From a virus: a stretch of 64,000 bases of DNA. The DNA lies in IMG/VR virus record IMGVR_UViG_3300033143_003851, positions 1 to 64,000 of that record. One strand, given 5' to 3'. The translations under genes were made by a program, and so were the position numbers. This document shows, piece after piece, positions 57,203-64,000 of this stretch (position 1 is its first letter; each line of letters begins with the position of its first letter). Under the pieces are notes generated by a model that had not been told where the DNA came from, made no database searches, and was given only the letters and a program-made list of their open reading frames with translations.

Positions 57203-59335
57203 ATGAGTTTAACCGTTGCTGGATTTAGTGGACCTTTAACAAATAAACATATGCGTCATAGTAAGTGGCGAAAGTTTGTTGTTATGGCCATCAATGATAT
57301 GGTGATTGATTCAATTACGCTTGATAGCGGAGAAACAATTACATTGGCTGATGTTGTGATTGATGATGATGCCACTAATGACCAGCTTGATTTTAATGTT
57401 AACGACGCAGGACATACGCTGCGTCTTATTAATGCAGGTGCTGGAGATTTTGATTTTAATACAGATGGAGATATAGTTGCTGCTAGTGATATTACTAGCA
57501 CAGCTGGTACTATTGAGACATCAGCTGGTGTTATCAATATTAAACACGCAACTCCTAGTTTAGATATCTATGATACTAGCTGTACTGACGACGAAGTTAG
57601 TGCTCAGGTATTAGCTGCTGCTACTGATACATCTACAACTGCTGAAGATGTGGATGTAACACTTAAACAGAAAATTGCTGGAACACTTACGGCATTTTTA
57701 ACATCAGATGCAGATGGCGATATTACTCTTGGATCTGGTCGATCAGTGGTTGCAGACGGAGGCGGAAGCCTTACTGGAACTTGGTCTGATCTTGGTGATG
57801 TTACTACAATTAATATTGATGGAGGTTCTATTGATGGAACAACGCTTGGAGCTGCTTCGGCATCTTCAGCTATCGTAACATCTGCTTCGATTGAGGGGGC
57901 AGCTCCTACATTAACATTTAAGGATACAGACTGTACTGATGCAGATGCCAATGCTACTATCCTCGCACAAGCTACAGATACCGGAACCGGTGCCGAAGAT
58001 GTTGATGTTACATTCAGTCAACAGATTGCGGGCGCTCCTACAGCGTTTTTAACTTCTGACGCTGATGGTAATATTACTTTCGGAACTGGTAGACCACTTG
58101 TTGCTGATGGTGGGGGTTCTCTTACAGGAACTTGGTCCGACCTTGGAGCAGTAACTACTGTGGATATTAATGGCGGAACTGTTGATAATATTTCTACTTT
58201 ATCTGTTGAGTCTGCAACTCCTAGTCTGGATTTAAAAGATTCTAGTTGCACAGATGCTGATGTTAATGCTCAGATTTTAGTGGCTGCTACGGCTACTGGA
58301 ACAGGGGCAGAGAATATTGATGTTACTATTACACAGCAAATTAGTGGGACACCTACAGATGCTGTGTTGTTTGATGCAGATGGTGATATTGCTTTCGATA
58401 GTACACGGACCGTTACAACTGGAGCACTTACTGGCACAGCTATTACAAGTACAAGCTTGCCTGGTCGAATCTTCGATTCTGTGGTTTCCTTAGACGAAAC
58501 TTGGGGAATTGTTGCCGATAATGGGGTTGCTTGTGGATATGTTGGTGGTATGTCTGCTGAGATCTATACTGTCGATACTGCATATAAAACATATCGGTAT
58601 GATTATGGAACTGGGACAGACACATATACAGACTTAAGTAATGGTGGAACTTTACAGGAAGCTGCTGAAGAGGTTGGTGATGCTACTGTTCTAGTGTGCA
58701 CAAGTCAATTTGCTGCTGTTAATTTCTTAAGTTCACAGTTAGCAACTTGGGGCGCTAATGGTGGATTATGGGAGTATGCTACTGCTGCCGATACTTTTGC
58801 TACGCTTACATTTATCGAAGATAATACTGATGCTATTGATGAAGCTACTGGTCTGCGAGCAATGTCTCAAGATGGTGTAATGACCTTTATTCCGCCTACC
58901 AATTGGTGGTCTGGTATTCATACAGCTAATACAGGAGCTACATTAGCTGCTGGATATGCTATTCGATATAGAATTACAGCAACTCAGCTAACACAGCCTG
59001 CAATTGCTCATGCTGGTGGTCGAGGTTTAATACCTGTTGGAATTACAGCCAATACGGGGCATAGATATGATATGGCGGGCACTTTGTCTAAATTAAATAT
59101 CCATGCTGGAACTATTTCAGCTGCAAATGCTGATACTAAGTTCTGCGTGCATAATATTACTCAGAATACTTGGGGCGCTGAACAGACATGGACCAAACAA
59201 AATCGGCATTTCTATATTGCTGATATTGCTGAGTCGATTACTGCTGGAGATGAGATTTGTGTGCTCGTTACGCAGGAAGATGGAACCACAGAATATGCTG
59301 GTGTGTCTTTCCATATGAAAATGGTAGAGGCATAA
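57203..59335 (+). CDS. Head/neck fibre protein with internal repeats
   Basis: TTTATATA promoter and GAGGTGA RBS; 3x ~60-aa repeat (ATPSLD..D..CTD...AEDVDVT..Q.I.G); 2x GGGSLTGTWSDLG. Confidence 0.7.
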   Translation: MSLTVAGFSGPLTNKHMRHSKWRKFVVMAINDMVIDSITLDSGETITLADVVIDDDATNDQLDFNVNDAGHTLRLINAGAGDFDFNTDGDIVAASDITSTAGTIETSAGVINIKHATPSLDIYDTSCTDDEVSAQVLAAATDTSTTAEDVDVTLKQKIAGTLTAFLTSDADGDITLGSGRSVVADGGGSLTGTWSDLGDVTTINIDGGSIDGTTLGAASASSAIVTSASIEGAAPTLTFKDTDCTDADANATILAQATDTGTGAEDVDVTFSQQIAGAPTAFLTSDADGNITFGTGRPLVADGGGSLTGTWSDLGAVTTVDINGGTVDNISTLSVESATPSLDLKDSSCTDADVNAQILVAATATGTGAENIDVTITQQISGTPTDAVLFDADGDIAFDSTRTVTTGALTGTAITSTSLPGRIFDSVVSLDETWGIVADNGVACGYVGGMSAEIYTVDTAYKTYRYDYGTGTDTYTDLSNGGTLQEAAEEVGDATVLVCTSQFAAVNFLSSQLATWGANGGLWEYATAADTFATLTFIEDNTDAIDEATGLRAMSQDGVMTFIPPTNWWSGIHTANTGATLAAGYAIRYRITATQLTQPAIAHAGGRGLIPVGITANTGHRYDMAGTLSKLNIHAGTISAANADTKFCVHNITQNTWGAEQTWTKQNRHFYIADIAESITAGDEICVLVTQEDGTTEYAGVSFHMKMVEA

Positions 59336-59355
59336 TAATAAAAGGTGAATAATAA

Positions 59356-59619
59356 ATGGCTAAAATTCGATTTAAATCTGGTCGAGTTTTGGAGACCGAG
59401 AGAAATGCACTCCGCATTCCTAAGGAAGGAGAAGAGCCTACTGAGATTAAACTCTATGAAGAAGGCTCGGCTCCTGTTCCTTATGAGGTTGAAGAAAAAA
59501 TTCGAGCAGTTTTAGAAGATATAGAAGACGACCCAAAAACTTGTCCTATTTGCGGGAAAAAGTTTAAAACAGCTAGAGGTTGTAAAACACATATTCGTAT
59601 GAAGCATGGGGGCAACTAA
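59356..59619 (+). CDS. Small protein with C2H2 Zn finger
   Basis: CPICGKKFKTARGCKTHIRMKH. Confidence 0.75.
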   Translation: MAKIRFKSGRVLETERNALRIPKEGEEPTEIKLYEEGSAPVPYEVEEKIRAVLEDIEDDPKTCPICGKKFKTARGCKTHIRMKHGGN

Positions 59620-60616
59620 AATGGCTTATCATAAATCATATAAGCAGTTTTTATCAATAGATGATGTTTCAGCAACAACTGGATTTTTATTAGTTGATAA
59701 ATCAGATACGACAAACTGGCCCCACAATACTCCAACTAGTGGAACAATTGGTCATGTTGTTATTGATGATATATGTGGTCATATTAATTTTGGTGCAGCT
59801 TCTGGTGCTAATGGGCATCTTAATATTGGCGTAATTAAAACTATTTATGATATTCCAGCTAGTCATCTAGTATATATTTATGACTATGGTGGGGGAACAG
59901 ATACCATATCTGTTATATCAGCTGGTGGAAACCTAACTGTTTCTGCTACTGGTGAAGAGATTGGAGACGCCACAATATTAGTTGCTCCTACACAATTTAA
60001 CGTATTTAATGTTGATGTAGCTACTGGAACAACTTGGGGAGGAGCAGGCGGAAAATGGCAATATGCTACTGCTGCAAATACTTGGTCTGATTTAACTATT
60101 ATTACCGACGGGTCAATCAGCGCTACTGATTCACTTGAACAAGATGGTACTGTAAAATTTGTTATGCCTACTGATTGGGTATCGGTAGCGCACACAGCTA
60201 ATACAGGATCAACAACTGCTGGATATGCAATTCGGTTTGTATTAACTGCAACTCAACTTACTCAACAGGCAATAGCACAGGCGGGAACTTTTGGATTAAT
60301 TCCTGCAGCCTCATCTATAGTTAACTGGTTTACACGCTATCATGGAGAAAATGGTCAATATACTAATGTAGTGCTCTGTATAAAACCGATTTTAATGCCA
60401 ATAGATCCACTTGCTCTTAATGTGGGGTTTGGTCTTCCACAGGAATCTCAAACACTTGGCGGAGCCGAAACTTATGTAGCAAATGGAACTACTATGTCTA
60501 GTCCGTATGGCGATAAAACTGCACTAGCAGTTGGAGATGTTGTTTTGAAAACATGTATTTCTACAGGAACCATGCGTTTTACAATTGGTATTGAATATCA
60601 CATTGAAAATGGTTAG
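59606..60616 (+). CDS. Virion protein sharing a ~150-aa module with 57203-59335
   Basis: EE.GDAT.LV, W.YATAA, QDG, HTANTG, AGYAIR, ATQLTQ. Confidence 0.7.
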   Translation: MGATKMAYHKSYKQFLSIDDVSATTGFLLVDKSDTTNWPHNTPTSGTIGHVVIDDICGHINFGAASGANGHLNIGVIKTIYDIPASHLVYIYDYGGGTDTISVISAGGNLTVSATGEEIGDATILVAPTQFNVFNVDVATGTTWGGAGGKWQYATAANTWSDLTIITDGSISATDSLEQDGTVKFVMPTDWVSVAHTANTGSTTAGYAIRFVLTATQLTQQAIAQAGTFGLIPAASSIVNWFTRYHGENGQYTNVVLCIKPILMPIDPLALNVGFGLPQESQTLGGAETYVANGTTMSSPYGDKTALAVGDVVLKTCISTGTMRFTIGIEYHIENG

Positions 60617-60625
60617 GTGTAATAG

Positions 60626-61138
60626 TTGGCTGTAGATAATATCAACACAATGTTTAGAAATATTTCAGAGTTAGATACTACTGATATCCCTGATGTAAAT
60701 TTACAAGCTACATATATACCATTAGGTTTACAATATCTTAATAAGATGTGTCGGGTAGATTATACAATATCTGATTATACTGCTGGGACAGTGGGAACTG
60801 TGGAGATTAATGATACAGATGTAGGTAATATAATTGACCATATTTGTGCCAACATCACAGCTTACTTTGCTTGGACCACACATAGGATGAATTTTACTAT
60901 AAGAAATAGTCGTGATTTTCCTGTGCCAGATGAGTTTTTAAGAAACGCTTGGCAACTTATGGCGGTTGTATATGATGATGTTGTTGTGTTTAATGACAAG
61001 TTAGCATACTATATTCCAGCCGATAAACTACATGATACGCCAGATGCGTATATGACATGTGTGGTTGGAGACTCTACAAAAGAAGGTGGTTTTAGATCAG
61101 TTGATGCTAATCAAAGTGTATCAGGCAGGGATAGGTAA
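60626..61138 (+). CDS. Head-tail adaptor (putative)
   Basis: Position, size, helical. Confidence 0.55.
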   Translation: MAVDNINTMFRNISELDTTDIPDVNLQATYIPLGLQYLNKMCRVDYTISDYTAGTVGTVEINDTDVGNIIDHICANITAYFAWTTHRMNFTIRNSRDFPVPDEFLRNAWQLMAVVYDDVVVFNDKLAYYIPADKLHDTPDAYMTCVVGDSTKEGGFRSVDANQSVSGRDR

Positions 61139-61611
61139 TGGCAAATGTATCATGGAACGATGTGTTGGACGACATTAAAGCGCAACTTACAACTCAGGAC
61201 GATAGCACAGAATATCTCGAAAATTTTAATATTTATGACTATAACGATGCTCAAAGTAGCGACTATTATTGCAAAACACCTTATGTTATGATTGGATATG
61301 GTATAATAAACGATGGGCCCACATTTTTATCAGGCCAAACTAAGTCTGGTATTAATTTTGTTTTCAGGTTTGTTATAGACCATAAGACTACTATCACAGA
61401 TATTTCTGAGTCAGGAGATAGGTTAATAGGATATATTTTACAAGAGCATAAGAAATTTTTACGCACGCTGACATTTACAAATTCAGGTGCTGTAATTGTG
61501 AGTAGGAAAGACTTAAGTATTATAGAAGTTGGGTCAAAAAAGGAAAATAATGACCTTTTATACGAGGCAAGGTGCCAGTGGCTGGTTGAAATACTGGATG
61601 AGACATTATAG
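61138..61611 (+). CDS. Tail terminator/neck protein (putative)
   Basis: VLDDIKAQL...TPYVMI pattern; position before the tube genes. Confidence 0.6.
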   Translation: MANVSWNDVLDDIKAQLTTQDDSTEYLENFNIYDYNDAQSSDYYCKTPYVMIGYGIINDGPTFLSGQTKSGINFVFRFVIDHKTTITDISESGDRLIGYILQEHKKFLRTLTFTNSGAVIVSRKDLSIIEVGSKKENNDLLYEARCQWLVEILDETL

Positions 61612-61622
61612 GAGAGTGAAGC

Positions 61623-62540
61623 ATGGTAAAGAAAATACTTGGTGGAAAAACTGTTCATTTTTACCTTAATGGGTATAGGCAGCTTTTAATAGAAAGCCTT
61701 AGCTTTACTCATGGAAATAAACTTGAGGAAATTCAAGTTTTAGATGACCAGTACCCAAGGAGAAGAAAAATTAAAGATGAGGGTGATGGTGAAATTGTAT
61801 TTGTTGCTGGAGATGCCGACGATGGTTATGGAACGATGGAGTTAATTTCATATGTTTTAGGCCACCGATCTTGGGATGCTACAACTGCAGATGCAGATAC
61901 GTGGGATATTACAAGTGATTCTTTAGTGGTTGGTACTGATGGTAATATGAAGAGATATATGTATCATCAGCAAACGGATGACACAGGTTCTGGGACAAAT
62001 ATTGTGCAAGGTGGGGCAACTGAAACTCTTACATATACTGTTCGAGGTGAGGAAATTGATAAAATTGCCCTTAAGTTATCTCTCACCGCAAATATGTCTA
62101 CTGGACATATTAAAATAACTGGAACAGACTCTAATGTTATTAGATATATTAATAATGCAGATTTAACAGATGGTTTTAATTTATATACTTTATATACTAC
62201 TGGTGGTGGATCTACCGAAGGTAGCATTACAACATATTCTGGATCTATGGTTCCTGGGACAATTGATACTCTGACTCTTGAGGTTGATGGAGCTGGGGGA
62301 GATGATTGTACTATTGATGGAAATGTTGGAGACGATAATCCTTGGTTCTGGATGAGACAATATAATGCAAATCATCTTGATTTAGAAGTTCGAGTTTATA
62401 ATGAAGATGAGTCGGTTTATATGAAGTATGTATTTAATAGAGTCTGGATAATGCCTGGAAGTATTGAGATGGGTAGTGAAAAGGCTTTAAGAGGAAAAAT
62501 TAGTTTTATGTATGAAGGTTATACAATAACGGAGGTTTAA
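61623..62540 (+). CDS. Tail tube-like protein 1 (with insertion)
   Basis: Paralogous to the next gene; beta-sandwich pattern. Confidence 0.6.
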   Translation: MVKKILGGKTVHFYLNGYRQLLIESLSFTHGNKLEEIQVLDDQYPRRRKIKDEGDGEIVFVAGDADDGYGTMELISYVLGHRSWDATTADADTWDITSDSLVVGTDGNMKRYMYHQQTDDTGSGTNIVQGGATETLTYTVRGEEIDKIALKLSLTANMSTGHIKITGTDSNVIRYINNADLTDGFNLYTLYTTGGGSTEGSITTYSGSMVPGTIDTLTLEVDGAGGDDCTIDGNVGDDNPWFWMRQYNANHLDLEVRVYNEDESVYMKYVFNRVWIMPGSIEMGSEKALRGKISFMYEGYTITEV

Positions 62541-62542
62541 TT

Positions 62543-63217
62543 ATGGCAAAGACTATTTTGGATGGTTCACGGATTTCTGTTGGTGTGGGATTAGAGGCAG
62601 TTGGAGAAAACTCTACAACAGCCGTTACACTTACTGCTGCTAATGCTGAGGATGCAACTAGAGTTGGCGGACTTGGACTTGGGTGCGCTACTGGTGTTAC
62701 GCTCTATACTATACCTTTAGTAGAGTCTGCTACTCTTGATGTGTTTCAAAAAGACACTGAGGAGTTCCAAACAATTGATGATAATTATATAAAGCGAAGA
62801 GAGATTAGAGACAACGGTTCAGTTAGTATTACATTTGTGGCTTTTGATGATGCTGATACTGGTGATCTTACTACAGTAGATGCATTTAATTGGGAATATG
62901 CTCATTTAAATTTCCCATATGGTCTTTCTGATGTCAGTGCTGGCCATGCTGGAACATATAGCGTATTAGATGATACAGTTGCCAGTAGTGGACATGACTA
63001 TGACATTACAGGATATTGCGTTGAGATTGAAGTTAAAGACGATGTCGGAACAGGTAAGATGTTATACATATTACATAACTGTAGGATGAGTTTATCTTGT
63101 GAAACTGGCTATCAGAAAGCTCAAAGATATACTGTTAAGTTTGAGGACGCTAGAACTATTGAGATCACAAACGCTGCTAAAGCGAGTCCTTGGGTTCATC
63201 TGCACAGTTACTCGTAG
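62543..63217 (+). CDS. Tail tube-like protein 2 (major tail protein candidate)
   Basis: Acidic; YILHNC motif; precedes the chaperones. Confidence 0.65.
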   Translation: MAKTILDGSRISVGVGLEAVGENSTTAVTLTAANAEDATRVGGLGLGCATGVTLYTIPLVESATLDVFQKDTEEFQTIDDNYIKRREIRDNGSVSITFVAFDDADTGDLTTVDAFNWEYAHLNFPYGLSDVSAGHAGTYSVLDDTVASSGHDYDITGYCVEIEVKDDVGTGKMLYILHNCRMSLSCETGYQKAQRYTVKFEDARTIEITNAAKASPWVHLHSYS

Positions 63218-63261
63218 TAAAGTTTATATATAGAATTGAACAAGAAATATATGGTGATTTT

Positions 63262-63657
63262 TTGCCCAAAGGTAAAAAAAATAGTATCTCGGATTTATAT
63301 AATAGATTACCAGAGTTTGAGGAATATAAGTTAGACAGCGGAAATGTTTTTACTATTAGGAGACCAACTCTGGGAGATTGCAAACTGATCTCTAATAAGG
63401 CTAAGTTATATCAGGAAAAGTTATCTGATAACTCATATGCTTTCTTAGCGTGGCAACTCTCAGAGTTTTTGGTTGCTATTAATGGCGACCCAGTTGAAGA
63501 AACATGGGGAGAAAGCGAGTATATTGATTTTATAACTGATATTCTTAACCCTACAGATGCTCACGGCTTAACATCTGCATTTCTTGAATTACAAGGTGTC
63601 TCAAAAGAGCGACAGGAACAACTGTTATCGGATTTCAAGTTAACCCCGCCGAAATGA
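63262..63657 (+). CDS. Tail assembly chaperone
   Basis: TTTATATA promoter, GGTGA RBS with TTG start; FTIRRPTLGD motif. Confidence 0.7.
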   Translation: MPKGKKNSISDLYNRLPEFEEYKLDSGNVFTIRRPTLGDCKLISNKAKLYQEKLSDNSYAFLAWQLSEFLVAINGDPVEETWGESEYIDFITDILNPTDAHGLTSAFLELQGVSKERQEQLLSDFKLTPPK

Positions 63658-63986
63658 ACATACTGATTTCATGTATGAAGTGGGGGATACCACTGAAGCG
63701 ATCACTGATATTTAGGCACAGAATACCGAAAAAGATTATACCAATTCAATGTAATGGTCAGATAATAGAGTATAAGTTTGAATATACTATGGAAGATGAG
63801 GTTATTACAGATACTTGGTCATTAGAATATATGGAACCAGAACTACTTGTGGGTGTAACACAGGCACTCAGCACTTATATTGAAAAAATTGAGGCCCCTC
63901 TGCATGGTGCTACATCAGAAGGGGGTGTGAACGCAGGAGGAGACTTGAAAAAGGCTCAAAAAGAACTTGAAAAATCCACAAGGTAG
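63654..63986 (+). CDS. Second tail chaperone ORF (possible -1 frameshift product)
   Basis: In the -1 frame, open upstream through G_GAT_TTC; followed by ATG at 63991 (expected tape-measure start). Confidence 0.6.
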   Translation: MNILISCMKWGIPLKRSLIFRHRIPKKIIPIQCNGQIIEYKFEYTMEDEVITDTWSLEYMEPELLVGVTQALSTYIEKIEAPLHGATSEGGVNAGGDLKKAQKELEKSTR

Positions 63987-64000
63987 TTTAATGACACTGA

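Noticed and set aside
57203-60616. Diversity-generating retroelement acting on the duplicated fibre module
   Set aside because: No reverse transcriptase; both copies are coding and differences are not adenine-specific.
1-64000. Stop-codon reassignment or suppressor tRNA
   Set aside because: Core genes are full length in the standard code and all three stops are used; no clean CTA/TTA/TCA anticodon found.

Overview
This window covers most of the genome of a tailed dsDNA virus (Caudoviricetes, siphovirus-like), very probably of archaea. Evidence for an archaeal host: BRE+TATA promoters, GGTGA/GGAGG ribosome-binding sites, tRNAs without encoded CCA, an archaeo-eukaryotic primase, a family-B polymerase ending in a PCNA-binding PIP box, and many small Zn-finger ORFs. 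Layout: 1-10.7 kb (+) two giant tail-tip/adhesin genes; 10.7-48.1 kb (-) one long arm of DNA metabolism, replication and early/accessory genes with dispersed tRNAs; 48.1-48.9 kb divergent non-coding control region; 48.9-64 kb (+) terminase, portal, protease/scaffold, capsid, head fibres, neck, tail tube and tail chaperones, ending where the tape-measure gene should start. The genome therefore looks circularly permuted with one tail segment outside the window. Most notable observations: (1) tRNAs overlap stop codons or abut start codons like punctuation marks, and three aberrant tRNA-like RNAs are present; (2) a three-gene COOH-NH2 ligase / Ntn-amidotransferase / ATP-grasp module; (3) a UDG-like gene with an altered pocket and a candidate -1 frameshift extension, among several nucleotide enzymes with non-canonical active sites; (4) nested domain insertions in virion proteins; (5) GC-rich paralogous early genes and a duplicated palindromic origin-like element. 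All calls come from reading motifs by eye; no database searches were run.
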